The position numbers and the translations under genes are program-made. Below the pieces are notes generated by a model, which had not been told where the DNA came from, did no database searches, and saw nothing but the letters and a program-made list of their open reading frames with translations. Positions 42,656-51,360 of a stretch of DNA of 53,791 nt are shown here, piece by piece (positions within the stretch are counted from its first letter, which is position 1; each line of letters starts with the position of its first letter). Origin of the DNA: Alphaproteobacteria bacterium (GTDB lineage Bacteria > Pseudomonadota > Alphaproteobacteria > Micavibrionales > UBA1664); contig JAMIFL010000159.1 of assembly GCA_035906295.1 (NCBI GenBank), positions 1-53,791 of the forward strand. The letters are read 5' to 3'.

Positions 42656-45430
42656 TCAGTGCGCACGCCCCCACGTGTCGCCGATGCCCGCCTCGGCCAG
42701 CAGCGGCAGGCCGATATCGGCCACGTCCGGGCTTTCCATGATGCCTTTGATGAGGCTGGCGGCATCAGCGGCGTGGTCTTCGCGCACTTCGAACACCAGT
42801 TCGTCGTGCACCTGCAAAAGCATCTTGCAGTCGAAATCGCCGTTCAGGAGCGCGCGGTCGATGCGCACCATGGCGCGTTTCATGATATCCGCCGCAGTCC
42901 CTTGCAGGGGCGCGTTGATGGCCTGCCGTTCGGCGAAGCTTTTGCGCGGGCCTTTTTCGTGGATGCCGTCGATCATGCATTTGCGCCCGAACATGGTTTT
43001 GACGTAGCCGAACTGCCGCGCCTCGGCCTTCGTGCGTTCCATGTAGTCCGACAGTTCCGGGAAACGGGCGAAGTAAGCCTTGATGAAGGCGTTGGCCTCC
43101 GCCGCCTCGATGCCGAGTTGTCGCGCGAGGCCCCAACCCGAAATGCCGTAGATGATGCCGAAATTGATGGCCTTGGCCTTGCGGCGGATGTCGCTGGTCA
43201 TCTCCGCCATCGGCACGCCGAACACCTGTGATGCCGTCATCGCGTGAATGTCGAGATTGTCGCGGAACGCCTGTTGCAGCGCCGGAATGCCCGCGATGCT
43301 GGCGGCGAGGCGCAGTTCGATCTGGCTGTAGTCGGCGGAGATGAGCTTGTAGCCGTCCCGCGCCACGAACGCCTCGCGGATTTTTTTGCCGTTATCGGTG
43401 CGGATGGGAATGTTCTGGAGGTTGGGATCGGACGAGGCGAGGCGGCCCGTGGAGGTATGCGCCAGCGCGAACGAGGTGTGCACCCGGCCCGTGCGGGGGT
43501 TGATGTCCTGTTGCAGCGAGTCCGTGTACGTCGATTTCAATTTCGACATCTGCCGGAAATCCAGCACCTTCTGAACGATGGTATGGCCTGCTTCCGCCAG
43601 CTCCTCAAGAATGTCGGCGGAGGTGGACCAGTCGCCCTTCTTGGTTTTGCCGCCGCCCTGCAACCCCATTTCGCCGAACAGCACGTCGCCCAGTTGTTTG
43701 GGGCTGGCGACGTTGAACGGGTGGCCCGCAAGCGCATGGATTTCCGTTTCAAGCTGCGCTATCTGCGTGCCGAAATCCTGGCTGAGACGCGCCAGCATGC
43801 CGGTGTCGATGCGCACCCCCGCCTGTTCCATGCGCGCGATGACGGGCGACAAAGGCCGGTCCATCGTCTCGTACACCGTGACCATCTGTTCCGCCGCGAG
43901 GCGGGGTTTGAGAAGCGTATGCAGGCGCAAGGTGACATCGGCGTCTTCCGCCGCATAATCGGTGGCCTTGTCCACCGGCACCTCGGCGAAGCCGATTTGC
44001 TTGGCGCCCTTGCCGCAGACATCTTCATACGAAATGGTTTTGTAGTTCAGGTGCATGGCCGCGAGGTCGTCCATGCCGTGGCCGTGGCGGCTGCCGTCCA
44101 GCGTGTAGGAAATGAGCATCGTGTCGTCGATGGGCGCGACGGTGACGCCGCGTGAGGAGAACATCTGCAAATCGTACTTGATGTTGTGGCCGACTTTCAG
44201 CACACCCGGGTCTTCCAGCAGGGGACGCAAAATATCGAGCGCTTCGTGTTCCGGCATCTGCGTGACGGTCTGGGCGGGGCCGCCCAGCAGGTCGGCCATC
44301 GGCGCGCGGTGGCCCAGCGGCACGTAAATGCCGGATCCGGTTTCATAGGACAGCGAAATGCCGACAAGGTCCGCCTTGGCGGGGGTGAGGGAAGATGTCT
44401 CGGTATCGACCGCGATGACGCCGCGCGAAATGGCTGCGGCAACCCACGTCCTGAGCGTTTCGGCATCGTTGACCGTGGTGTAGCGACCCTTGGCGCTGAG
44501 CGCGGCGTCGACGGGGGCTGTGTCTTTTACCGGCTGCGGCATGTGCGGCGCGGCTGGCATTGCCGCCGGGGCCTGCCCCAGCCGTGCCAGGATGGTCTTG
44601 AAATTATACTGCGTCAGGAACGCGATGAGGGCCGTGTTGTCGGCGGACCCGGCGCCCAGTTCGTTCAGCGGGCGGGGCAGCGGGGAATGGTCGTCCAGCC
44701 GCACCAGTTGCTTGGAAATGCGCGCGAGGTCCGCGTTCTGTTCCAGCGTTTCGCGCCGCTTGGGCTGTTTGATTTGCGACAGGTTGTCGAGCAGCGCCTC
44801 AAGCGTGCCGAACTGGTTGATGAGTTCCGCCGCCGTCTTGACGCCGATGCCGCGCACGCCCGGCACGTTGTCGGTGGGGTCGCCGCACAGCGCCTGCACG
44901 TCCACCACCTTGTCGGGCGTGACGCCGAATTTCTCAAAAACCTCGGCCTGCGCCAGCGGCTTCTGCTTGATGGGGTCGAACATGACGACCCCGTCGCGCA
45001 CAAGCTGCATCAAATCCTTGTCCGACGACACGATGACGACGTTCAGCCCCGCCTCGCGCCCCACGCGGGCGTAGGTGGCGATGAGGTCGTCGGCCTCGTA
45101 CCCTTCGGCCTCCAGCGGTTCGAACCCGAAAGCGCGGGTGGCGTCGCGGATGAGGGGGAACTGGGGAATGAGGTCCGGCGGCGTCTCATCCCGGTTGGCC
45201 TTGTATTCGGCATAGATGTCGTTGCGGAAATTGGCCCGCGCGGCATCGAAGATGACGCCCACGTGTTTGGCCTGCAACTCGCGCAGAAGCCGCATCATCA
45301 TGTTGGTGAAACCGACCACGGCCCCCACCGGCGTGCCGTTACTGGTCAGCGGCGGCAGGGCGTGGAACGCCCGGAAAATGAAGCCGGAGGCGTCGACGAG
45401 GTAAAGCGTGTCTTGTGGGGTGTCGGTCAT
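42656..45430 (-). CDS. polA: DNA polymerase I
   Basis: I prefer the start at 45430 (MTDTPQDTLYLVDASGFIFRAFHALP); the ORF opens at 45457. The 5'-nuclease, 3'-5' exonuclease and polymerase domains are present (DYSQIELR, RRKAKAINFGIIYG, QVHDELVFE). Confidence 0.97.
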   Translation of the reverse strand: MTDTPQDTLYLVDASGFIFRAFHALPPLTSNGTPVGAVVGFTNMMMRLLRELQAKHVGVIFDAARANFRNDIYAEYKANRDETPPDLIPQFPLIRDATRAFGFEPLEAEGYEADDLIATYARVGREAGLNVVIVSSDKDLMQLVRDGVVMFDPIKQKPLAQAEVFEKFGVTPDKVVDVQALCGDPTDNVPGVRGIGVKTAAELINQFGTLEALLDNLSQIKQPKRRETLEQNADLARISKQLVRLDDHSPLPRPLNELGAGSADNTALIAFLTQYNFKTILARLGQAPAAMPAAPHMPQPVKDTAPVDAALSAKGRYTTVNDAETLRTWVAAAISRGVIAVDTETSSLTPAKADLVGISLSYETGSGIYVPLGHRAPMADLLGGPAQTVTQMPEHEALDILRPLLEDPGVLKVGHNIKYDLQMFSSRGVTVAPIDDTMLISYTLDGSRHGHGMDDLAAMHLNYKTISYEDVCGKGAKQIGFAEVPVDKATDYAAEDADVTLRLHTLLKPRLAAEQMVTVYETMDRPLSPVIARMEQAGVRIDTGMLARLSQDFGTQIAQLETEIHALAGHPFNVASPKQLGDVLFGEMGLQGGGKTKKGDWSTSADILEELAEAGHTIVQKVLDFRQMSKLKSTYTDSLQQDINPRTGRVHTSFALAHTSTGRLASSDPNLQNIPIRTDNGKKIREAFVARDGYKLISADYSQIELRLAASIAGIPALQQAFRDNLDIHAMTASQVFGVPMAEMTSDIRRKAKAINFGIIYGISGWGLARQLGIEAAEANAFIKAYFARFPELSDYMERTKAEARQFGYVKTMFGRKCMIDGIHEKGPRKSFAERQAINAPLQGTAADIMKRAMVRIDRALLNGDFDCKMLLQVHDELVFEVREDHAADAASLIKGIMESPDVADIGLPLLAEAGIGDTWGRAH

Positions 45431-45448
45431 GGGCCTCGACTTAAGGCC

Positions 45449-46429
45449 ATGGCGCATATTTATTCAACCCGCTCTGCGAATATTCTCGATGTCGATACCG
45501 GCCCCGTAACGCTGGAGGACGACGTCATCTGGCTCGACCTCCTCTACCCCACGCCGGAGGAGGAGCGCAGTTATGAATCGCAACTGGGCATCGACCTGCC
45601 CCTGCGCGAGGAATTGAAGAGCATCGAACCGTCGTCCCGCCTGTACAAGGAAGACAACGCCCTGTTCATGACCGCGACCATCGTTTCGCACGCCCAGTCA
45701 GGCTTGCCGGAAGCGGGGGCCATCGCCTTCATCCTGCACGAACACCGCCTCATCACCATCCGCTATACCGAACCGAAAGCCTTCGACATTTTCGGCGCCT
45801 ACGTCATGCGCCACCCGCACCAGTACAACGACGGCGCGGCGCTGCTGGCGGGCCTGCTGGAAGCGGTGGTGGACCGCGCGGCGGAAGTGATGGAAAACGT
45901 CAGCGTCGAAATCGACGCGGTTGCGACCGATATTTTCGCGGCCCGCACCGACAAGCCGCAGAACATGGCCTCAGGCCCGAAACTGAGCGAGGCGCTCCAG
46001 AAAATCGCCCAGCGCCAGAACCTGATGTCGAAAATACGGGACTCGCTGGTGTCGCTGGGTCGCGTCACGCGCTTCCTGTGCCTGTCGGACCAGATCATCA
46101 AGAACCACGCTTTGGACGAACAATTGCGTTCGGTCGACCGCGACATCACCTCGCTGACCGATCAGGCCAGTTTCATCGGCAACAACATGTCGTTCCTGCT
46201 GAACGCGTCGCTCGGCCTTATCAGCATCGAACAGAACGCGATTATCAAGATTTTCTCGGTCGCTGCCGTGGCCTTCCTGCCGCCGACGCTGGTGGCGTCC
46301 ATCTACGGCATGAACTTCCAGCACATGCCCGAACTGGCCATGAGGCACGGTTATCTGTGGGCGCTGACGCTGATGGTGCTGTCGGCGGTTGTACCGTTCT
46401 TCTACTTCAAGCGCCGCCGCTGGCTGTAA
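45449..46429 (+). CDS. corA: magnesium/cobalt transporter CorA
   Basis: I use the internal start (MAHIYSTRS, ATG at 45449) of ORF 44186..46429. The upstream 421 codons are antisense to polA. It has a C-terminal YGMNF motif and two TM helices. Confidence 0.9.
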   Translation: MAHIYSTRSANILDVDTGPVTLEDDVIWLDLLYPTPEEERSYESQLGIDLPLREELKSIEPSSRLYKEDNALFMTATIVSHAQSGLPEAGAIAFILHEHRLITIRYTEPKAFDIFGAYVMRHPHQYNDGAALLAGLLEAVVDRAAEVMENVSVEIDAVATDIFAARTDKPQNMASGPKLSEALQKIAQRQNLMSKIRDSLVSLGRVTRFLCLSDQIIKNHALDEQLRSVDRDITSLTDQASFIGNNMSFLLNASLGLISIEQNAIIKIFSVAAVAFLPPTLVASIYGMNFQHMPELAMRHGYLWALTLMVLSAVVPFFYFKRRRWL

Positions 46430-47516
46430 GCACCGCGTAAAGCGCGACCGCAGCCGCGTTGGATACGTTGAGGGAACGGATGTCCCCTTGCGTGGGCAGT
46501 GACACCAGCGTGTCGCAATGGTCCGCCACAAGCCTGCGCAAACCGGCCCCTTCGGCGCCGAGAACCAGCGCGATGCGCTTATGCGCGGGCAGTTTCGAAA
46601 GCGCGTCGCCGCGTTCGTCCAGCCCGGCCACGAAGAACCCGTTTTCCTGAAGCATTTCGATGGCGCGCGAAAGGTTGGTTTCAACGGCGACGGGAATGAC
46701 ATCGGCCGCGCCCGATGCGGTCTTGGCCAGCACGCCCGTCAGCTCAGGCGCGTGGCGGTCCTGCAAAATGACGCCCTTGGCGCCAAAGGCGGCGGCAGAA
46801 CGCAGGATGGCGCCCACGTTGTGCGGGTCGGTCACCTGGTCGAGGATGATGAGGACGGCGGGTTCATCCGCGTCCAGACCGGCGACGAGGTCGTGCGCGT
46901 CGCGCACCGGCAGCGGCTCAACCAGTGCGGCAATGCCCTGGTGCACCGCGCCCGGCGGCATCAGGCGGTCGAACACGCCTTTGTCCATCAGTTCCGGTTG
47001 TGGGCGCTTGAGGTCGCCTGAATCCAGCGTGTCCTGAAAACCGCCAAGCCCGGCATCCGTCACCAGCAGGCGCAGCACGCGGCGCTGCGGGTTGAGCCAT
47101 GCCGAACGCACTGCGTGGAAACCCCACAGCAGCGGCCCCGCAATACGCGGTGACGCACCTTGTGTTGTGCGCGGGGACGCGCCCTGCGCGTCGCGGCGTT
47201 TTTCAAAACCGGGTTCCCGGCGTTTATCGGCCTGCGGGGCCGGGCGTTTGTCATCCCGCTGGGGACGTTTGTCGCCATACGGCGAGGATCGTTTTTCCCC
47301 GCCCTGCGCGGCGCGGCGCTCCGCATAGGATGACGGGCGGCTGCCGCCCTCGTTGTCGCGGCGCTTGTCGCCCGGCTTATCGCCGTATGATTTTTCGCCG
47401 AACGGTTTGGACCGCTCGTCACGGTCGCGGCCGCGGCGGCCGCCTTCGGGTTTGCCCGCGCCCTTGAAGGGGCCGCGTTCGCGTTTCTGGAAAGGTTTTG
47501 ATTTGCCGTTTTTCAT
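46407..47516 (-). CDS. rlmB: TrmH-family 23S rRNA 2'-O-methyltransferase (RlmB-like) with a basic N-terminal extension
   Basis: I prefer the start at 47516 (MKNGKSKPFQKRERG). An Arg/Lys/Asp-rich region of about 120 aa precedes the SpoU core (ILDQVTDPHNVGAILRSAAAFG...SLNVSNAAAVALY). It overlaps the convergent corA end by 23 nt. Confidence 0.85.
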   Translation of the reverse strand: MKNGKSKPFQKRERGPFKGAGKPEGGRRGRDRDERSKPFGEKSYGDKPGDKRRDNEGGSRPSSYAERRAAQGGEKRSSPYGDKRPQRDDKRPAPQADKRREPGFEKRRDAQGASPRTTQGASPRIAGPLLWGFHAVRSAWLNPQRRVLRLLVTDAGLGGFQDTLDSGDLKRPQPELMDKGVFDRLMPPGAVHQGIAALVEPLPVRDAHDLVAGLDADEPAVLIILDQVTDPHNVGAILRSAAAFGAKGVILQDRHAPELTGVLAKTASGAADVIPVAVETNLSRAIEMLQENGFFVAGLDERGDALSKLPAHKRIALVLGAEGAGLRRLVADHCDTLVSLPTQGDIRSLNVSNAAAVALYAVLTASGGA

Positions 47517-47562
47517 ACCCGCGACCTTAGCGCAAGGCACGGGGCCGCGTCATCTTTGAATT

Positions 47563-48723
47563 TTAGTGCGCCAGCGCGTCCACGAGCGCGCGGTTGAACG
47601 CGGCAGGGTCTTCCACCTGCGGCGCATGGCCCAGAGTGGGGAAGGGAATGAGCTTGGCGTTAGGAATGGCGCGCGCGGCGTCCGCCGCCAGCGCCGGGTA
47701 ATCGCCCAGACGCGCGGCCACGTCCCTGGAGGCGCGGTTGGCGCCCGGCGCGGTGCGGTCCAGCATGCCGATCATCAGCGTGGTCGGCACGCGGATCTGG
47801 CCGAACTGGTACATCACGGGCTGGCTTAACAGCATGTCGCTGGCCTGCGCCTGGTTCCATGCCACCAGTTGCCGTTCAGGCCCCAGATACATGCCGCCCA
47901 GCATATCGACCCAGCGGTCGTATTCCGGCTTCCAGTTGCCGTGGTAGTAAACCTCCTGCTGGTACGCCCGGATGCTTTCGCGCGTGGTGTCCAGTTCCGC
48001 CTTGTTCAGCGTTTCCAGCGTCACGTAAGGCACGCCCTTGGCCTGCCAGTCCTCAAGCCCGATGGGGTTGACCAGCACCAGCCTGTCCACCAGCGTCGGG
48101 TAATTGAGCGCATAACGCGCCGCCAGCATGCCGCCCAGCGAATGGCCGACGATGGTGGCGTTGTACACCTTCAGCGTTTCCAGCAACGCGCGGGTGTTCT
48201 CGGCAAGCTGGTTGAAGCTGTATTGATACCCGTACGGCTTGGCGGATTTGCAGAAACCGATCTGGTCTATCGCGATGACGCGGTAACCCGCATCGTTCAG
48301 CGCCGCGATGGTCGTATCCCACGTGGCGGAACAGAAATTCTTGCCGTGGAACAGCACGGCGGTTTTACCGTTCGGCGTTTTCGGGACGACATCCATGTAC
48401 GCCATCCACAAATCCTCGCCCTGTGTGCGGAAGGCATATTCCTGCACCGGGTAGGGATAGGGGAAGCCGGTAAGCTTGGAATCGTAAACGGGCTTGCCCG
48501 TCGCATCGACCATGCTTTCCGCGGGGGTTTCCCCCGGTGCAGCTTTCCCCGGCGCGGCTTCCGCCGCGGCCTCGGCAGGCTGTGCCGCGGCATCGGGGGA
48601 TTGTACCGTGGCGGCTGCCGGCACTGCGTCGGGCGGCAGCCCGTCGCTGGCGGATGCGGGAGCCGGAACAGGCCACGCAAAACTCATGACGGCGGACAGC
48701 AGGATCAGGCGGGCGAAGGTCAT
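47563..48723 (-). CDS. secreted alpha/beta hydrolase
   Basis: I use the internal start (MTFARLILLSAVMSFAWPVPAPASA, ATG at 48723) of ORF 47563..48858. It has the nucleophile elbow GHSLGG and an Ala/Pro-rich linker after the signal peptide. Confidence 0.85.
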   Translation of the reverse strand: MTFARLILLSAVMSFAWPVPAPASASDGLPPDAVPAAATVQSPDAAAQPAEAAAEAAPGKAAPGETPAESMVDATGKPVYDSKLTGFPYPYPVQEYAFRTQGEDLWMAYMDVVPKTPNGKTAVLFHGKNFCSATWDTTIAALNDAGYRVIAIDQIGFCKSAKPYGYQYSFNQLAENTRALLETLKVYNATIVGHSLGGMLAARYALNYPTLVDRLVLVNPIGLEDWQAKGVPYVTLETLNKAELDTTRESIRAYQQEVYYHGNWKPEYDRWVDMLGGMYLGPERQLVAWNQAQASDMLLSQPVMYQFGQIRVPTTLMIGMLDRTAPGANRASRDVAARLGDYPALAADAARAIPNAKLIPFPTLGHAPQVEDPAAFNRALVDALAH

Positions 48724-48754
48724 GAACCCACTGTACCCGCCCCTGCCGGTTGCC

Positions 48755-48979
48755 TCAAGCGCTTCTCGGGCCGCTCGCGCGGTCGAAACGCTGGCGGGCC
48801 TTGTCGACGACCTCAAGATTTTCCGCAGCCCATTGCCACACGCCGCAGAACGCTTCACCCAAAGTCATGCCCAGCGGCGTGACGCGGTATTCCACCCGTG
48901 GCGGCACCACGGGGTAGACGGTGCGGGTGATAAGCCCGTCGCGTTCCATAAGGCGTAATGTCTGGGTCAGCATTTTCTG
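48755..48979 (-). pseudogene. HxlR-family transcriptional regulator, 5'-truncated at a mobile-element junction
   Basis: Only the C-terminal part is present: (Q)KMLTQTLRLMERDGLITRTVYPVVPPRVEYRVTPLG. This corresponds to the recognition helix and wing of HxlR proteins. The usual N-terminal 45-55 aa are missing. Upstream sequence belongs to a different gene. Confidence 0.7.
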
Positions 48980-49197
48980 GCGTAGGCGACAAGGCGGCGG
49001 TCGTCCTTGCCGAGCTTGCTGTGATGAACCCCGTCAGCCGTGTTGGGCATCAGGTAAACGCCGTGATCGCCGACCAGCCATAAGCCTTTGCCCGTGTCCT
49101 CACCGTAAAGGGGCTGGGCGGCTTTGGCAGTGTCGACTTCCTCAATCAGCTTTTCGATTTCGTTCCAAGGAAAATGCAGTTTCATTATTGCCTCCAC
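48967..49197 (-). CDS. DUF3085-like protein, probably C-terminally truncated or fused at the element junction
   Basis: 76-aa ORF. GLWLVGDHGVYLMPNTADG......RRLVAYA matches my memory of DUF3085 proteins from ICEs and plasmids (LVHDQGVYLMSNG....VAYAKGCDP). The last three codons and the stop (RKC*) are read from hxlR-derived sequence in another frame. Confidence 0.5.
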   Translation of the reverse strand: MEAIMKLHFPWNEIEKLIEEVDTAKAAQPLYGEDTGKGLWLVGDHGVYLMPNTADGVHHSKLGKDDRRLVAYARKC

Positions 49198-49203
49198 GCG
49201 TTG

Positions 49204-49719
49204 TTAATAACAATCGAACCAGCGCTGGCAGGTGGCCAGCAGATGGTTGTAATCTCCCTCGGTTGCCTCGTTGAGAAAGGCTGTGACCTCTCGCTCCGAA
49301 AGACCAGCGCAATATGCCGCGCGTTTGCAAAGACCAAGGATATTAAAAGCGTTGCCGTCCTTGCCTGTCAGGCCAACACGGACTTCGGGGAATTTCACAG
49401 TCGATGGGTCAGCTACCCGCCGCCCGATATAGCGAGCGTAACGATAACCTGAAGGATCGACATACAGCGTCTCTCGTCCCGGCGAGGTGACGGCAATGGC
49501 AAGGCGTGTGGTTTTATTTTTCCAACCGCCTTTGTCATCCAGCCAATCACGATAGGCCAGCGGTCTGGCAACAAAGTCATCATATTCGGCGGCGGTCATT
49601 TCGCGTGTTTCAATGATTTCGGTGTCATAGGCCGTACCGCTGCCGTAACGGCTACCGGATTCAATTTCGTGCCAATCGCCGGGCTTACGGGCGTAAATAA
49701 CGCGGATCATGTCGCTCAT
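49204..49719 (-). CDS. hypothetical protein (mobile-element gene)
   Basis: I use the internal start (MSDMIRVIYARKPG, ATG at 49719), preceded by AGGAGA. 171 aa. The C-terminal GNAFNILGLCKRAAYCAGLSEREVTAFLNEATEGDYNHLLATCQRWF resembles a small domain common in phage and plasmid proteins. That is memory only. Confidence 0.6.
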   Translation of the reverse strand: MSDMIRVIYARKPGDWHEIESGSRYGSGTAYDTEIIETREMTAAEYDDFVARPLAYRDWLDDKGGWKNKTTRLAIAVTSPGRETLYVDPSGYRYARYIGRRVADPSTVKFPEVRVGLTGKDGNAFNILGLCKRAAYCAGLSEREVTAFLNEATEGDYNHLLATCQRWFDCY

Positions 49720-49727
49720 GGTTTCTC

Positions 49728-50039
49728 CTATTTCGTTTCCTGCCCAAGCATCCCCTTGACCCATTCGATAGCATCGGAATCCGTGCCATAGACATTCCAC
49801 TCGCGCAGACGTTTGATGGTGGGGTTTTTGCTGTCGTAGGATCGGCTGGTTTTATAATTGTTGATTTCGACAAAGCAGCCGGGAATTAACTCGATCTCCC
49901 ATACTGCTTCGATTTTATAGCCGTCACCGGGCTGGGGCTTTCCGAACGCTTTGACCAGTTCCTTGTAGGTGGCATTGACCGTGCCTAAAAAGGTGAAACA
50001 TTCGCGGGTGTCTGCGGGGATTACCGTTTTCTTGGTCAT
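49728..50039 (-). CDS. hypothetical protein (mobile-element gene)
   Basis: I use the internal start (MTKKTVIPADT, ATG at 50039), preceded by AAGGAAGGA. 103 aa. Confidence 0.55.
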   Translation of the reverse strand: MTKKTVIPADTRECFTFLGTVNATYKELVKAFGKPQPGDGYKIEAVWEIELIPGCFVEINNYKTSRSYDSKNPTIKRLREWNVYGTDSDAIEWVKGMLGQETK

Positions 50040-50049
50040 CGTTCCTTCC

Positions 50050-50568
50050 TTATTTCCAAGCCTTGCGGCCAGCTTCATAAGCGGCTTCCAGCGCATCCTT
50101 GACGCTCCAGACTGCGACATCGTGAAAATCAAGGCTGTCAGCGCTGCGTGTTACCAGCGTTTCGATGCTGAGGTGCTGCTGGGCGATCAGCGTAAAAAGA
50201 GCATCCTTGGACATCGGCGCTTTGCGCGGAAAGTTTTTTCCTGTGGCTTCGCGTATGGCGTTCTCAAAGCAATCGCGCCAGCCACGGTCGACCACCCGCA
50301 TCGTCAAGTGCTTGGTGATGGCGGCGGTGTTGATGGGGCCTTTGGCGTTGTCCTTGCCGTTCTCGATGAAGCTCAGGTCATCGGCAAGATGGCGACCGAA
50401 GCGCGCATCCAGCACGTCACGGGTTTGTTCGGCGGTCAGATCAAATTCTTTTGCGAGAAAGTGGCTGGCGGCATCCCATGTCAATTCGGCATCATAACCG
50501 TTGTTAACGCTGGTTCCCCAGAATCCCCATTCTTTGTTTCCGGTCGGTAAAATCGCTGTGTTTTTCAT
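50050..50568 (-). CDS. hypothetical protein (mobile-element gene)
   Basis: 172-aa ORF. The C-terminal LSIETLVTRSADSLDFHDVAVWSVKDALEAAYEAGRKA resembles a motif seen in plasmid-borne proteins. That is memory only. Confidence 0.6.
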   Translation of the reverse strand: MKNTAILPTGNKEWGFWGTSVNNGYDAELTWDAASHFLAKEFDLTAEQTRDVLDARFGRHLADDLSFIENGKDNAKGPINTAAITKHLTMRVVDRGWRDCFENAIREATGKNFPRKAPMSKDALFTLIAQQHLSIETLVTRSADSLDFHDVAVWSVKDALEAAYEAGRKAWK

Positions 50569-50685
50569 GGTTTTCTCCTTTGCTTATACATCCATGAACG
50601 CTTCATTCGCGGCACTTATCAAGTGAATACGGCTGTGAAATGATTGCAAAGTTTGGAGAAAGACGATCATTTGATTATCCAGCAT

Positions 50686-51084
50686 TCAGCGTATTTTCGC
50701 GGCAATTCGCGCCAATGCGCGGCGATACATTTCCCACGCTTTCGTGCGACCGACGCCGAACCGGGCGCAGATCAGTTTCCAGCGCACACGTTCAGCTCGT
50801 AGCCACACCAGGCGGCGTTCATCCGGCTCCAGCCATTTAAGCCACTCAAACAAAACTTCTTCCATGTCCGTGATGCTCTTCTGCGATGGATAGAAGCGCA
50901 TCGGCTCAGGTTCCATTTGCAGAATTTCCAGCGGCTCCCGAATAATTGTCGGCCAAGTGTTGAAATAACCCTGCACCTTCACGTCCGGTATGCGGCGCAA
51001 TGTGCGCGCAGCGGCTTGGATTCGATCTTCGACGTAAGATTCGCCCTCGCTTAATTTTTTCTGTTTTTCACGGTCATCATTCAT
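50686..51084 (-). CDS. putative helix-turn-helix regulatory protein (sigma-70 region 4-like C-terminus)
   Basis: 132-aa ORF. The C-terminal LEPDERRLVWLRAERVRWKLICARFGVGRTKAWEMYRRALARIA looks like a LuxR/sigma region-4 type HTH. Confidence 0.6.
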   Translation of the reverse strand: MNDDREKQKKLSEGESYVEDRIQAAARTLRRIPDVKVQGYFNTWPTIIREPLEILQMEPEPMRFYPSQKSITDMEEVLFEWLKWLEPDERRLVWLRAERVRWKLICARFGVGRTKAWEMYRRALARIAAKIR

Positions 51085-51177
51085 GCGGCTGTCCTTTTTT
51101 GGTTGACGGGGTGGGTACGGTGCTGGCCGCCGCCATGTCAGGCGGCGCCAGCATTACTCCGTAGGAGTAAGGGGATG

Positions 51178-51353
51178 TTTGCCGACTGCCGACTGACGGA
51201 ACGCGCTGGAATCGCTGGTTTATTGTCAGTCGGTGAGTTGGCAAATTGAGTCGGAAGCTGCCGATTGGATTTTGAATGAAAACAGCTATGCCATGCGGCG
51301 TTGTGCGGGGTTCAGTCGGCAAAGTTTCGGCGTTCACTCGGCAGTCGGCAAAA
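51178..51353. repeat. iteron-like cluster of AGTCGG(C) / GCCGACT motifs (candidate origin or operator region)
   Basis: GCCGACT lies at 51181-51187 and 51188-51194 (tandem). The complementary orientation AGTCGG lies at 51228, 51249, 51314 and 51344, plus ACTCGG at 51336. AGTCGGCAAA occurs twice (51314-51323 and 51344-51353), 30 bp apart. The cluster lies in the 276-bp non-coding gap between the primase-helicase and HTH genes. Confidence 0.6.
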
Positions 51354-51360
51354 CGGCGCA

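Noticed and set aside
44186-45448. First 421 codons of ORF 44186..46429
   Set aside because: This part is antisense to polA and has no CorA similarity. CorA homology begins at the internal ATG at 45449.
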